The position numbers and the translations under genes were made by a program. Below the pieces are notes generated by a model. It was not told the origin of the DNA. It did no database searches and was given only the letters and a program-made list of their open reading frames with translations. From an uncultured delta proteobacterium (GTDB lineage Bacteria; Desulfobacterota; Deferrimicrobia; Deferrimicrobiales; Deferrimicrobiaceae), in the NCBI GenBank assembly GCA_963770975.1, contig CAVYRM010000002.1, positions 94,183 to 158,182 on the forward strand: DNA of 64,000 bases, in the 5' to 3' direction. Positions 49,496 to 62,959 of the stretch are shown here, one piece after another; position 1 is the stretch's first letter; each line of letters starts with the position of its first letter.

Positions 49496-50778
49496 TCGTG
49501 GCTCCCTTCCGTGACGGCCGCGTTTTCCATAAGGAATCCCATCACTTTTCTCTCGAGGAGCAGGTCGCGGAGCGCGTCCATCCGTTCCTCGGAGCTGTAC
49601 ATCTCGCGGACTTTCGCGAACTCGACCCCTTCGGCCGCCGCGATCGCCTTCATCTCCTCTTCGATCTCCGGAAAGGAGACGTCCAGGTTCTCCTTCCGGG
49701 CGATGGCGTCGATCAGCAGGCTGACCCGCACCATCCTCTCCGCGTTGGGAGTAAACCTCTCGGACATCTTATCGACATCCATATTCATTTTCTTCAGGTC
49801 CACTCCCTGGGATGCGAGCCGCCGGAACGTGTCCTGCATCATCGCGACCGTCTGGCGTTTCACCAGCGTGACGGGGATCTGGAAGGGATTCCGTTCGGCC
49901 AATCCCTTCCGGAGATCCTCCTGCGCGTGGTGCCGGGAATGCTCCTCGCCTTCCGCCACGAGCCGCTCCCGCACCTTCCCCCTCAGGTCGTCCACGCCGG
50001 TCACTTCGCCGAACTGCTTCGCGAAGGCGTCGTCCATCTCGGGCAGCTTCTTCTCCCGCACCCCGGAGACCTTGACCTCGAACGAAACTTTCTTCCCCGC
50101 GTACTTCGGGTTCGCGAAGTCCGCCGGGTAGTCGACTTCGAAGGTACGCGCCGCCCCCGGCTCCACCCCCAGCATCCGCCGCTCGAACTCCTCCCCGTAC
50201 GGCCTGCCGCCGGACAGCACGACGGCCGTGGAATCGCTCTTGTCGACCGTCTCGCCCCCCGAGGACGCGGTGAACGCGAATTCCACCAGGTCGGACTCCG
50301 CCGCGCCGCGCCCTTCCACGGGGTGGAACTGGGCGTACGTCTCCCGCAGCCGCTCGATCGCCGCGGAAACGTCGTCGTCGGTCACGGTCGCCTTCTCGCG
50401 GACCACCGGGATCCCCTTGTAGTCCACCGGGTCGACCTCGGGGATCACCTCCAGGGTGGCGGAGAAGACGAAATCCTTTCCCGGCACCACTTTCCCGCTG
50501 TCCACCCCGGGCATCGAAAGGACCTTGAGGTCCCGCTCCTTCACCACGCCGGCGATCGACTCCTTCACCAGCCGCTCGGATACCTCGGCCTCGACGGAAT
50601 CGCGGAACATCCGCTTGACCATCTCCATCGGAGCCTTCCCCTTCCGGAACCCCCGAAGGGGCACCATCCGGCGAAGCTCCACGAATTCCTGTTCGATCCG
50701 GCGGTCCACCTCTTCCGCCGGGACTTCCACCGTTACCTTCCGCTCGACGCCGGAAAGGGCGTCCACGCTCGTCTTCAT
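49492..50778 (-). CDS. tig: Trigger factor
   Basis: GFRKGKAP; tig-clpP-clpX-lon synteny. Confidence 0.95.
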   Translation of the reverse strand: MKTSVDALSGVERKVTVEVPAEEVDRRIEQEFVELRRMVPLRGFRKGKAPMEMVKRMFRDSVEAEVSERLVKESIAGVVKERDLKVLSMPGVDSGKVVPGKDFVFSATLEVIPEVDPVDYKGIPVVREKATVTDDDVSAAIERLRETYAQFHPVEGRGAAESDLVEFAFTASSGGETVDKSDSTAVVLSGGRPYGEEFERRMLGVEPGAARTFEVDYPADFANPKYAGKKVSFEVKVSGVREKKLPEMDDAFAKQFGEVTGVDDLRGKVRERLVAEGEEHSRHHAQEDLRKGLAERNPFQIPVTLVKRQTVAMMQDTFRRLASQGVDLKKMNMDVDKMSERFTPNAERMVRVSLLIDAIARKENLDVSFPEIEEEMKAIAAAEGVEFAKVREMYSSEERMDALRDLLLERKVMGFLMENAAVTEGSHE

Positions 50779-50822
50779 CGTTACCCGATCCCCTTTTCAT
50801 TCGATGATATGCGACGGCAACC

Positions 50823-50904
50823 TGGTGCGAGAGGAGGGACTTGAACCCTCACGGTTGCCCACCGGATCCTAAATCCGGCGCGTCTGCCATTCCGCCACTC
50901 TCGC
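50823..50904 (-). tRNA. tRNA-Leu(TAG)
   Basis: GCGAGAGTGGCGGAATGGCAGACG..TTTAGGA..variable arm..GTTCAAGTC..ACCA. Confidence 0.93.
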
Positions 50905-50929
50905 CCCGTCGGACCGCGCGGAATTCAGT

Positions 50930-50958
50930 AGTATAGTCGAATCGTCCGGCCGTCTCAA
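50930..50958 (-). promoter_or_regulatory. Sigma-70 promoter of tRNA-Leu/tig
   Basis: TTGAGA-N17-TATACT. Confidence 0.6.
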
Positions 50959-50984
50959 CGCCGGTCGGCCCCGGAAGGGGGCGT

Positions 50985-51380
50985 CTATTCGGGCATCCTC
51001 CGCGAGGCCAGGCGGAGTTCCTCGAGGGTCGGCTCCTCCTGGTCGAACCGCATCCCGAAGATGTAGAACCCCGGGGGGGAATCCGCCGACCGGAACCAGA
51101 TCACGGTCCCCTGGACCCGGATGGGGAGCTTCCCCTCGGGGAGGATGGTGGCGTCGATCCGGTTCCGGGTGGTCATCAGGGTGTCGTACATGATGTGGAT
51201 GCCGTCGGGGGCGATCCTGGAGGTGACCACGGACATCCCGGTGGAGGAGATGTCGCGGACCTCGCCGGTGACGGGGGAGGAGACCCGGGTCGGAACCTTT
51301 CCGCTGCTGATGGTGAACACGACGGTAGCCACTGGACGATACCGCTCCTTCTCTCTTCGGTCCCGGCGAAAGAAGTTCAT
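50985..51380 (-). CDS. PilZ domain protein
   Basis: RREKERYR (RxxxR) and DISSTG (DxSxxG). Confidence 0.8.
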   Translation of the reverse strand: MNFFRRDRREKERYRPVATVVFTISSGKVPTRVSSPVTGEVRDISSTGMSVVTSRIAPDGIHIMYDTLMTTRNRIDATILPEGKLPIRVQGTVIWFRSADSPPGFYIFGMRFDQEEPTLEELRLASRRMPE

Positions 51381-53122
51381 CCGGCCGGATCTTCCTTCTT
51401 CTCCTCGTCGAGACGCCGCAGCCCTTCCATCATGAGCTGCATCTCGTCCATCTCGATCGTGCGGAGCTTGGTGGTTTGCCCATGGGCGATGACGAACGGT
51501 CCCTCCTGCCAGCGCAACATCTCGTAGAAGGCCCCTTCCCCGGTTGATTTTCCCAGCTCGCAGTGACGGATCCTGCCGTTTTCGAACCAGATCATCCCCT
51601 CGCCGCCCGATCCGTTGATGCGCACGCACGCGGTCTTGAGGCCGAGATGAAGGGTCTGGACGATGTCGGGGATGCCGAGGTTCTTCAGATCGCCCATCAC
51701 CCCGGTCGCCTGGGGGGGGCCCGACGGGCCGTTCCGCCTCTTCGAGTCGCGTCGGATGATGTTCCGGATCCGCGCCGCCAGCTCCTTCAGGTCGACCGGC
51801 TTGACGAGGAAATCCTCCGCGCCCAGGTGCAGCGCCTCGACCTTGGTCTGAGGATCGTCCTTGCCGCTGATGAAGATGAGGGGGACTTCCCCCCACCGCG
51901 CGTGCGAGTCCTGCATCTTCCGGAACATCGCGAGCCCGTCCATCTCCGGCATCAGCACGTCGGCGACGACCAGGTCGGGCGGGTCCTTCTCCATCGTGGC
52001 CAGCGCATCCGCGGCGTTGTCCACCGCGGTCACGTTGAACCCCTCGTTCACGAGCTTCAGCTTGAGGACCGTGAGATAGGAGATCTCGTCGTCCACCATC
52101 AGGACCCGGGGCTTCGGCCCCACCCCGCGGAAGCGGAACTTCCGGTCCATGACGGCGGTGAACAGCTCCACGACCTCGGGATCGAACTGGGTCCCGACGT
52201 TCTTGTGGAGCTCCCGCACCGCCTCCTCGCGCGTGAGGTTCTTGGTCCGGTACGGACGGTGCGCCGTCATGGCGGTGAAGGCGTCGACCACCGCAAGGAT
52301 CCGGGCCCCGATCGGGATCTCCCGCCCCTTCAGGCCGCTCGGGTACCCCTTCCCGTCGTACCGCTCGTGGTGGTGGATGATGATCGGCTTCACCTTCCAG
52401 GGGAAGTCGATCGCCTCGATGATCTTCGCGCCGTTTTCGCAGTGGGAACGGACCGTCTTGAACTCGGACTCCGAGATGTCGCGCTTCCCGACGAGGATCT
52501 CGCTCTTGATGCCGACCCGCCCGATGTCGTGGAGGAGCGAACCGACGACGATCTCGTCCACGGTTTCCCGCTCGAGCTTCATCTCCTCGGCCACCGCGCG
52601 CGCGTACTCCATCGTGATGTGGGAGTTCCCGCCGAAGAACGGGTCGTTCACCTCCATCAGCCCGACCAGGGAGTCGACCGTGTCGATCAGGCATTTCTTC
52701 AGCCGCGTCTCCTGGCGTTGATCCTCCACCGGGGGTTTCGCGATCACGCCGCGATTCCCCGACGCCGCATGGAGCAGCCCGACGATCTCCCCCTGGTCGA
52801 TGATGAAGTCGGAGGTCCCGAAGCGCAGGACGTCCTCGGAATTGCGGATCGTCGAGAAGGGGGTGAGCACGACGATCCGGGTCTTCGGAGAGGCCAGGAC
52901 GAGACGGTCCTTCAGGTCGGTGCCGGACGATCCCGGAAGATTCTGCTCGACGAGCGCGAAATCGAGGGACGAGTTCGACGCGATCTTCAGCGCCTCCTCT
53001 ACCGATCCCGCCAGCGTGGCGCGGTACCCCTCCTCGGAGAGGAGGCCCGCCAGCATGTCCCGGACCGCCGGGTCGTTGCTCACGACGAGGACCGACCCGC
53101 GCGGATCCGGCGACGAGGGCAT
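51377..53122 (-). CDS. REC - HD-GYP - REC - DUF4388-like c-di-GMP phosphodiesterase
   Basis: LHDIG, HHHERYDGKGYP, intact second receiver (VDDE..ADVLMP..KP), GDLKNLGIPDIVQ C-terminal domain. Confidence 0.88.
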   Translation of the reverse strand: MPSSPDPRGSVLVVSNDPAVRDMLAGLLSEEGYRATLAGSVEEALKIASNSSLDFALVEQNLPGSSGTDLKDRLVLASPKTRIVVLTPFSTIRNSEDVLRFGTSDFIIDQGEIVGLLHAASGNRGVIAKPPVEDQRQETRLKKCLIDTVDSLVGLMEVNDPFFGGNSHITMEYARAVAEEMKLERETVDEIVVGSLLHDIGRVGIKSEILVGKRDISESEFKTVRSHCENGAKIIEAIDFPWKVKPIIIHHHERYDGKGYPSGLKGREIPIGARILAVVDAFTAMTAHRPYRTKNLTREEAVRELHKNVGTQFDPEVVELFTAVMDRKFRFRGVGPKPRVLMVDDEISYLTVLKLKLVNEGFNVTAVDNAADALATMEKDPPDLVVADVLMPEMDGLAMFRKMQDSHARWGEVPLIFISGKDDPQTKVEALHLGAEDFLVKPVDLKELAARIRNIIRRDSKRRNGPSGPPQATGVMGDLKNLGIPDIVQTLHLGLKTACVRINGSGGEGMIWFENGRIRHCELGKSTGEGAFYEMLRWQEGPFVIAHGQTTKLRTIEMDEMQLMMEGLRRLDEEKKEDPAG

Positions 53123-53123
53123 G

Positions 53124-54662
53124 CTAGCGCTCCCGGACGTCCTCGCCGGTCATGTCGGCGGGGACGGGAACCGAAAGGAGGTTGAGGATCGTCGGGGCGA
53201 GATCTTCCAGCGCGCGGTCCTCCCGCAGCCGGATCGCCCCGGAGCGCGGATCCGCGAAGACCAGGGGAACGAGATTCGTCGTGTGGGCGGTGTGGGGACC
53301 CCCGGTGTTCGGGTCGATCATCTGCTCGGCGTTTCCGTGGTCGGCGGTCACGAGGGCGACCCCCCCGGCCTCCCATACCTTCTCCACAACCTTCTGCAGG
53401 TTCCGGTCCACCGCCTCGACCGCCAGGATGGCGGCGGAAAGGACCCCCGTGTGGCCCACCATGTCCCCGTTGGCGAAGTTGAGGATCACCAGGTCGTGCT
53501 TCCCGGAGGAGATCTCCGCGACGGCGCGCTCCCCCACCTCGAACGCGCTCATCTCGGGCTTGAGGTCGTAGGTGGGAACGGAAGGGGATGGGATCAGGAC
53601 CCGCGACTCCCCCGGGTAGACGGTCTCCTCCCCGCCGTTGAAGAAATACGTCACGTGGGCGTACTTTTCCGTCTCCGCGATCCGGAGGTTGGCCAGGCCC
53701 GCGTCGGCCAGCACCCGCGCCAGGATGTTGTCGAGCCTCTGGGGCGGGAACGCCGCGGGGAGACCGAACGTCTGGTCGTAGGCGGTCATGCAGGCGTAGG
53801 CGAGATCGAGCCGTTCGGGCCGCGGGAAGCGGTCGAACCCCTCCTGCGTCAGCGCCCGCGTGATCTGGCGCGCCCGATCCGCCCGGAAGTTGAAGAAGAT
53901 CAGCGAGTCGCCGGGGGCGATCCGCCCCACCGGCAGGCCGTTCCGCTCGATCACCACGGGCTCGATGAACTCGTCCGTCTTCCCGGCGGCGTACGATGCG
54001 GCGACGGCGGCCACCGGGTCCGCGGAGCGGGCCCCTTCCCCGCGGACCATCGCCTTGTACGCGCGCTCCACGCGCTCCCACCGGTTGTCCCGGTCCATCG
54101 TGTAGTACCGGCCGATGACGGTGGCCACCTCCCCCGCCCCGATCTCCGACGCCTTCGCCAACAGGGCACGAAGGTGATCGATCCCGCTCCGGGGGGGCGT
54201 GTCCCGCCCGTCGAACACGGGGTGGATGCATACCTTCGGAACGCCCCGCTCCTTCGCCATCCGGAGCAGCGCGTAGAGGTGCGTGTGGAGGGAGTGGACG
54301 CCGCCGTCCGAAAGCAGTCCCACCAGGTGAAGCGCCCGGCCCTTCTCCATCGCGGCGTCCATCGCCGCGCAAAGGACGGGATTGCGGAAAAAATCCCCGT
54401 CCCGGATCGACTTGGAGATCCGGACGAGGTCCTGGTACACCACACGCCCCGCGCCGAGGTTCATGTGCCCGACCTCGGAATTCCCCATCTGCCCCGAGGG
54501 CAGCCCGACGCGCTCCTCCGAGGCGTGGATGAGGGTCCGGGGGAACTCCGACCAGATCCGGTCGAAGAACGGCGTATCGGCGAGGGCCACCGCGTTCCCT
54601 TCCGTCTCCTCGCGGTAGCCCCAGCCGTCCATGATGATCAGCGCGACCGGACGTCGTCTCAT
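53124..54662 (-). CDS. gpmI: 2,3-BPG-independent phosphoglycerate mutase
   Basis: IMDGWG, GNSEVGH, SDGGVHS, AETEKYAHVT, DMVGHTG. Confidence 0.96.
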   Translation of the reverse strand: MRRRPVALIIMDGWGYREETEGNAVALADTPFFDRIWSEFPRTLIHASEERVGLPSGQMGNSEVGHMNLGAGRVVYQDLVRISKSIRDGDFFRNPVLCAAMDAAMEKGRALHLVGLLSDGGVHSLHTHLYALLRMAKERGVPKVCIHPVFDGRDTPPRSGIDHLRALLAKASEIGAGEVATVIGRYYTMDRDNRWERVERAYKAMVRGEGARSADPVAAVAASYAAGKTDEFIEPVVIERNGLPVGRIAPGDSLIFFNFRADRARQITRALTQEGFDRFPRPERLDLAYACMTAYDQTFGLPAAFPPQRLDNILARVLADAGLANLRIAETEKYAHVTYFFNGGEETVYPGESRVLIPSPSVPTYDLKPEMSAFEVGERAVAEISSGKHDLVILNFANGDMVGHTGVLSAAILAVEAVDRNLQKVVEKVWEAGGVALVTADHGNAEQMIDPNTGGPHTAHTTNLVPLVFADPRSGAIRLREDRALEDLAPTILNLLSVPVPADMTGEDVRER

Positions 54663-54663
54663 A

Positions 54664-55980
<1,317 letters not shown>

Positions 55981-56439
55981 TTACGGATGAATGAATTCCT
56001 TTCCGCCCTGGCGAACCGAGAGCACCGGGCACGGCGCCATGCGGACGACCTTTTCGGCCGTGCTGCCGAAGATCGCCCGCTCAACCCCCGTGCGGCCGTG
56101 CGTCCCGATCACGATCAGCCCGGCTCCGCACTCGCGCGCCTCCCGGATGATCTCCCGATACGGAATGCCGGAGGCGACGCGGGTCTCCACCCCGGGAAAC
56201 CCCTGGAAGTGGGCCGCGAGGAACGATTCCATCTCCTCCCTGGCGTACTGCTCCATCCGCCCCCGCAGCATCTCGAGGGGAACCTCGCCACGGAACATCG
56301 GGTCGAGCGCGGCGGGCTCGTCGAGGACGTGGAGGACGATCAGGCGGGATCCGAAGCATTCGCCCAGCCGCCGGGCCGCGCGGGCCGCCTCGGCCGAGCA
56401 TTCGGAGAAATCGGAGGGCAGCAGGATCTTGCTGAACAT
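55981..56439 (-). CDS. Universal stress protein
   Basis: [34 protein letters not shown]. Confidence 0.92.
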   Translation of the reverse strand: MFSKILLPSDFSECSAEAARAARRLGECFGSRLIVLHVLDEPAALDPMFRGEVPLEMLRGRMEQYAREEMESFLAAHFQGFPGVETRVASGIPYREIIREARECGAGLIVIGTHGRTGVERAIFGSTAEKVVRMAPCPVLSVRQGGKEFIHP

Positions 56440-56459
56440 GGGGCACCCCTGACCGGAAT

Positions 56460-56497
56460 GAAAACGCCCCGGCCGATTACGATGTCGGCCGGGGCGC
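56460..56497 (-). terminator. Intrinsic terminator after hup
   Basis: CGCCCCGGCCGA..TCGGCCGGGGCG followed by TTTT on the minus strand. Confidence 0.7.
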
Positions 56498-56543
56498 CTG
56501 GATTATCGGAGCGGCAATATCGCTGATCGAATACGGGTACGGC

Positions 56544-56828
56544 TTACTTCTTTTTCCCGCCGACCGCTTCCTTGAGCCCCTTGCCGGCGGAGAACTTGGG
56601 AACCTTTGCCGCCTTGATCTTGATCGTTTCCCCGGTCTGCGGATTACGGCCGGTGCGGGCCTTCCGGTTGCTGACGCTGAACGTGCCGAAGCCGGTGAGG
56701 GTGAGCTTCTCGCCCTTCTTCAGGCTCTTCGTGACGGCACCCAGAAACGCGTCGACCGCGGCTTCCGCCTGCCCTTTCCCGATCCCAGCTTCTGCGCGAA
56801 CCGCCTCGACCAGTTCCGCTTTCGTCAT
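56544..56828 (-). CDS. hup: DNA-binding protein HU
   Basis: [21 protein letters not shown]. Confidence 0.95.
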   Translation of the reverse strand: MTKAELVEAVRAEAGIGKGQAEAAVDAFLGAVTKSLKKGEKLTLTGFGTFSVSNRKARTGRNPQTGETIKIKAAKVPKFSAGKGLKEAVGGKKK

Positions 56829-56934
56829 CTGCCGAACCTCCTAAAGTTTTTTTATCATGTCCCCGGAAGCCGGGAAAAACGCCTGTTGAGAGCGCCGGAA
56901 GTAAATTCCATTAATCCCGAAAGGCGCGTGCCTG

Positions 56935-57630
56935 TCAAGGGATAAACCGCCGATTCCCGTATCGGCCGGAAGCGCCGCGCCCGGTGAAGACCTTGAGGAA
57001 CGCGATCCCCGCCACGAAGCCGCCGATGTGCGCCCACCAGGCCACGCCGCCGGACGCGGCGGAGTGGCCGAGGGACGCGGTGCCGCTGAGGAACTGCATC
57101 AGGAACCAGAAGCCGAGGAAGAGGTACGCGGGGATTTCCACCACCGGGAAGAGGACGAAGAGCGGGATGAGCGTGAGGACGCGGGCGCGCGGGAACAGGA
57201 GGAAGTAGGCTCCGAGCACGCCGGCGATCGCGCCGGAGGCCCCGAGGTTGGGGACTACGGATGCGGGCTGGAAGAGGATCTGCACAACGAAGGAGACCAA
57301 CCCGCAGGCGAGGTAGAAGAGAAGGTATCCCGCGTGGCCGAGGGTGTCCTCCACGTTGTCGCCGAAGATGTAGAGGTAGAGCATGTTCCCCAGCACGTGC
57401 AGCCAGCCGCCGTGGAGGAACATCGCGCTGAGCGGCGTGAGGAGGTCCCGGGCGGAAAGGTACCCGCCTCCGAAAAACCTCGCCGGAATCACCGCATAGC
57501 GCTCGACGAAGGGCCCGAGGCTCTCCCCGAGGGAGACCTCGTACAGGAAAAGGCCGAGGTTGGCGGCGATCAGCAGGTAATTCACGACGGGAACGCGGGA
57601 GGAAGGGATCGTATCGCGGATGGGGATCAT
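56935..57630 (-). CDS. Rhomboid intramembrane serine protease
   Basis: FLHGGWLHVLGNM, GASG, AHIGG. Confidence 0.93.
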   Translation of the reverse strand: MIPIRDTIPSSRVPVVNYLLIAANLGLFLYEVSLGESLGPFVERYAVIPARFFGGGYLSARDLLTPLSAMFLHGGWLHVLGNMLYLYIFGDNVEDTLGHAGYLLFYLACGLVSFVVQILFQPASVVPNLGASGAIAGVLGAYFLLFPRARVLTLIPLFVLFPVVEIPAYLFLGFWFLMQFLSGTASLGHSAASGGVAWWAHIGGFVAGIAFLKVFTGRGASGRYGNRRFIP

Positions 57631-57651
57631 AGGTTGTTATAATTATACGCT

Positions 57652-58595
57652 ATGCCATCGCGCCGCTTGCTCCTCACCTGCACGGGCGTCTCCGTGCTGC
57701 TGCACCTGCTCGTCCTCCTGCTGGCCTACCTGTTTCCCGTGACGGTTCGCCGGCCGGAGGAGGTCATGGAGATCGACCTTTCGGACATCCCCCGCGCGAC
57801 GGATTTCCTTCCCCCCCGGCCCGGGATCCTCAGCGGTCGATCGCCTCGCCCGGTCCCTCCCCCGGAGGCGAGGAAGCTCCCGCCGGCCCCGCCGGTCATG
57901 GAAGGACGCGTTCCGGACCTCCCCGTGAAGCCGGACCTGCCGCCCGAGAAGTCGTTCCCGGTGGAATCCGGGAAACCCGAGCCGGGGCCCGATTCGAAAA
58001 GCGTTGCCAAGGCGCAGACCCCTCCGGCGGCCCCTCCGCGGGGAAGCGCTTCCGGCAGCCCGTCCGCGAAGCGCGGCGCGCCGCCTCCCCCCCGCCGACG
58101 TCGGTACGGGACCTGACGCCATCCCTCGGCAAGCTCGTGATGGCGCGGGATGAGCCGGCCGGCGGGCGCGGCCAGGGAGCCGCATCCGGGAATGCGACGG
58201 GAACCGGGGGAAAGGTCACCGGGAAGGAGGGCGTCACCGAGGAGGGAGGAGGGGGCTTCCGGCTTACGGCGCTGAACGCCCCGGAGATCCAGTACATTTC
58301 CTATTTCGCGTCGATCAAGCGGAAGATCGAGCTGGTGTGGCAATACCCTTACGAAGCCGCGGAGGCGGGGATCCAGGGGGAGTTGACGCTCGATTTCGTG
58401 ATCGCCCGCAACGGAAAGGTGGTATCGATCGACATGATCCGCGGGTCCGGGTCGAAAATCCTCGACGACGAGGCGATCCGCTCCATCCGGAAGGCCGCCC
58501 CGTTCGATCCCATCCCCACCGAGTACAAGATCGCGAGCCTCCAGATCCGCGGGAGGTTCATCTACGTCCACGGCGGCGCGCTGCGGCTGCGCTAG
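57652..58595 (+). CDS. TonB-like energy transducer, frameshift near 58090
   Basis: N-terminal TM with SVLLH (SxxxH), Pro-rich linker, YPYEA..GIQG..SGSKILDDEA TonB_C. Confidence 0.8.
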
Positions 58596-58610
58596 CCCGC
58601 TAAGGGGAAC

Positions 58611-58997
58611 CTACTCCTCCCCGACGAACCGTGCGTACTCCTCCGCGCTGAGCAGCGCGTCGAGCTCCTCCCGGACGGCCGGACGGATCGACAGCAGCCA
58701 CCCCTCCCCGTACGGATCCTCCATCACCTTCCTCGGGGCGTTCTCCGCATCGGGGTTCAGGGCCACCACCGTCCCGGAGAGCGGCGAGAGGAGTTCGAAC
58801 ACCGTGGTGGAGGATTCGACCAGGCCGATCGGCTCGCCGGTGGAAACGTCGGTGCGCGGGGGCGGCAGTTCGACGGAGACGACATCCCCCAGGAACGAGC
58901 CCGGAACGTGGGTCAGCCCGGTCCTGACGTCTCCGGCATCGGTGCGCATCGCCCACGCGTGGGACCGGGAATAGCGTCGGTCCGCGGGCGGCGGCAT
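58611..58997 (-). CDS. GcvH-like protein lacking the lipoyl-lysine
   Basis: LGDVVSVELP, SPLSGTV..N, DPYGEGWL; VESSTT instead of VESVKA. Confidence 0.8.
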   Translation of the reverse strand: MPPPADRRYSRSHAWAMRTDAGDVRTGLTHVPGSFLGDVVSVELPPPRTDVSTGEPIGLVESSTTVFELLSPLSGTVVALNPDAENAPRKVMEDPYGEGWLLSIRPAVREELDALLSAEEYARFVGEE

Positions 58998-59006
58998 CCC
59001 CGGCGC

Positions 59007-59867
59007 TTACCGGACGGGAACGCGGCGGGACGCCGCTTCGAACGTGTTCTGCAGGAGCATGGCGATCGTCATCGGTCCCACGCCGCCCGGGACCGGGGTG
59101 ATGAGCCCCGCCGTCTCCCGGGCTTCGCCGAAGGCGACGTCGCCGCACAGTTTCCCGCCGGCGTTCCGGTTCATGCCGACGTCGATCACGACCGCTCCCG
59201 GCTTGATCCATGAGCCCCGGATCATCTCCGCCCGCCCCACCGCCGCGACGACGATGTCGCCGGAACGGACGACGGATGGAAGATCGACGGTGCGGGAGTG
59301 GCATATCGTGACGGTCGCGTGGCGCGAAAGCAGCAGCATCGCGACGGGCTTCCCCACGATGTTGCTTCGCCCCACCACGACGGCGTGCTTCCCCTTGATC
59401 TCGACTTTTTCGTGGTCGAGCATCGTGAGGATCCCGTACGGCGTGCACGGCACGAACGAGGTTCCCCCGGTGAAAAGTCTTCCGGCGTTCACGGGGTGGA
59501 AGCCGTCGACGTCCTTTTCCGGGGAGATCGCCTCGATCACCTTTTTCTCGTCGATCTGCCCGGGGAGGGGGAGCTGGACGAGGATCCCGTGCACGGTATC
59601 GTCGGCGTTGAGCCGCTCCACGAGGTCGAGCAGGACCCGCTCGGGGGTCGAGGAAGGGAGATCGATCTGCCGGGAAATGAAACCCGCCTCGGAGGCCGCC
59701 TTCCCCTTGTTCCGGACGTAGACCTGCGACGCGGGATCCTCACCGACGAGGACGACGGTCAACCCGGGCTGCACACCTGTCCGCGCGGTGAATTCCGCAA
59801 CGTTCTCCTTCACCCGCTCGCGCACGGAGGCCGCGATGGCCTTTCCGTCGATCAGTTTCGCGGTCAT
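59007..59867 (-). CDS. folD: Methylenetetrahydrofolate dehydrogenase/cyclohydrolase
   Basis: [35 protein letters not shown]. Confidence 0.96.
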   Translation of the reverse strand: MTAKLIDGKAIAASVRERVKENVAEFTARTGVQPGLTVVLVGEDPASQVYVRNKGKAASEAGFISRQIDLPSSTPERVLLDLVERLNADDTVHGILVQLPLPGQIDEKKVIEAISPEKDVDGFHPVNAGRLFTGGTSFVPCTPYGILTMLDHEKVEIKGKHAVVVGRSNIVGKPVAMLLLSRHATVTICHSRTVDLPSVVRSGDIVVAAVGRAEMIRGSWIKPGAVVIDVGMNRNAGGKLCGDVAFGEARETAGLITPVPGGVGPMTIAMLLQNTFEAASRRVPVR

Positions 59868-59876
59868 GACGGCCGC

Positions 59877-60197
59877 TCAGTCGAGCTTGGGGCAGCCCGC
59901 GCAGGTGGCGGGGGCCTCGGCCCCGGACGCCGCCGGGCACGATGTTTCCTTGGGTTCCTTTCCCTTCTGCTTCCCCTTTCCGTTGCCGCTCCCGTGGCCG
60001 TTTCCGCCGTCGTGGCTCTTGTTCGCGTAATCGGTGGCGTACCACCCGGTCCCCTTCAGGATGAAGGCGCCGGCGGACATCTGGCGTTCCACCTTTCCCG
60101 CGCACGCCGGACACTTCCTCAGCGGATCGTCGTGGAACCCTTCGATCAGCTCGGTGACCTTGCCGCATTTCCGGCACCGGTACTCGTAGATGGGCAC
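59877..60197 (-). CDS. FmdB-family zinc-ribbon protein
   Basis: PIYEYRCRKCG..CPAC..LKGTGWYATDY. Confidence 0.88.
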   Translation of the reverse strand: MPIYEYRCRKCGKVTELIEGFHDDPLRKCPACAGKVERQMSAGAFILKGTGWYATDYANKSHDGGNGHGSGNGKGKQKGKEPKETSCPAASGAEAPATCAGCPKLD

Positions 60198-60220
60198 TTC
60201 GCTTCCCTCCTTTACGCGCA

Positions 60221-60264
60221 AAAACGGAAAAGCGCTCCCCGGACCGAAGACCCGGGGAGCGCTT
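60221..60264 (-). terminator. Intrinsic terminator after groEL
   Basis: AGCGCTCCCCGG..CCGGGGAGCGCT plus T-rich tail on the minus strand. Confidence 0.75.
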
Positions 60265-60281
60265 CCCGAAGGTCTGCCGTT

Positions 60282-61952
<1,671 letters not shown>

Positions 61953-62243
61953 CTACTTCGTCAGGATCGCGAGGATATCTTCCTCGCGCAGGATCAGGTG
62001 CTCGACACCGTCGACCTTGATGTCGGTGCCGGAGTACTTCCCGAACAGGATCCGGTCGCCCGCCTTCACCCCGGGGGCCACCCGGGTGCCGTTGTCCGTC
62101 ACCTTGCCGGGACCCACCGCGACGACCAGACCCTCCTGCGGCTTCTCCTTGGCCGAGTCGGGAATGATGATCCCGCCCTTGGTCTTTGCCTCCTCCTCCA
62201 CACGCTTGATCAGAACCCTGTCCTGCAACGGCGTAACTTTCAT
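61953..62243 (-). CDS. groS: Co-chaperonin GroES
   Basis: PLQDRV, GGIIIPD.AKEKP. Confidence 0.98.
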   Translation of the reverse strand: MKVTPLQDRVLIKRVEEEAKTKGGIIIPDSAKEKPQEGLVVAVGPGKVTDNGTRVAPGVKAGDRILFGKYSGTDIKVDGVEHLILREEDILAILTK

Positions 62244-62291
62244 GCTCTTACCTCCTTTACCCCTGAAGTAGCCTTGATGACCTGGCGTGGG

Positions 62292-62318
62292 TTAGCACTC
62301 GATCGAGTCGAGTGCTAA
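62292..62318. promoter_or_regulatory. CIRCE element (HrcA operator)
   Basis: Perfect TTAGCACTC-N9-GAGTGCTAA upstream of groES. Confidence 0.95.
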
Positions 62319-62323
62319 CAATG

Positions 62324-62353
62324 ATCATACCGAAGTGCCGGAATGGATGTCAA
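62324..62353 (-). promoter_or_regulatory. Sigma-70 promoter of groESL
   Basis: TTGACA-N18-TATGAT directly upstream of CIRCE. Confidence 0.7.
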
Positions 62354-62394
62354 GAGGAAGGGAGATAACGTCGTGGGGACGGCAGGGTGATGTT

Positions 62395-62667
62395 TTAAAG
62401 CTTGCGGCGGGTCATTTCCTCCTCGAAATATTTCCGGTAGAGGATATCCCACTCCCGTCCCCCCTCCGGAACCTGGCGGGAGAGGCGCGATATCCTGTCG
62501 CGCGCGAAAGCGTCCACTTCCTCCTCCGCCTTCGCGTACGATCCGAGAACCGCCTTGGCCTCCCGGTGCGCCGCCGGGTCGTCCGGGAAATCGGCGAGGC
62601 CCCCGTCGCGAAGGGCGCCTCGCAGGCGATGGGAGAGGTGGGAGATCCGCGCCTCGGTCAACCGCAT
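62395..62667 (-). CDS. DUF507-like protein
   Basis: MRLTEARISHLS..VPEGGREWDILYRKYFEEE. Confidence 0.75.
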   Translation of the reverse strand: MRLTEARISHLSHRLRGALRDGGLADFPDDPAAHREAKAVLGSYAKAEEEVDAFARDRISRLSRQVPEGGREWDILYRKYFEEEMTRRKL

Positions 62668-62677
62668 GGTGCCCCCT

Positions 62678-62959
62678 TCACAGGACGATGTCCCGTTCCC
62701 TGGCGAGACGTTCCTTGATCTTCTGGAAAAGGATCCGGCTGTTCGCCTGGGAATGCTCGATCTTCCGGAGGTGCTGCTCGAGCAGGGCCTCCACCTCCCG
62801 GTCGAGCGCTTCTTCCCGCTGGATATCCTTCTGGAACTCCGCGGCCATCCCGGCCAGGAGCGCGTCGTCCTTCGCCTTCGGGTGGACCAGCCCCTTCGCC
62901 TTCCAGCGGGCGAGGATCGCGGAGCAGATCCTGCGGACCTGTTCGTCGGTGAGCCTCAA
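62678..62959 (-). CDS. DUF507-like protein (second paralog; TTG start)
   Basis: LRLTDEQV..EEALDREV..FQKIKERLARERDIVL. Confidence 0.75.
   Translation of the reverse strand: MRLTDEQVRRICSAILARWKAKGLVHPKAKDDALLAGMAAEFQKDIQREEALDREVEALLEQHLRKIEHSQANSRILFQKIKERLARERDIVL

Noticed and set aside
62292-62318. Perfect inverted repeat upstream of groES as a novelty
   Set aside because: It is the well-known CIRCE operator
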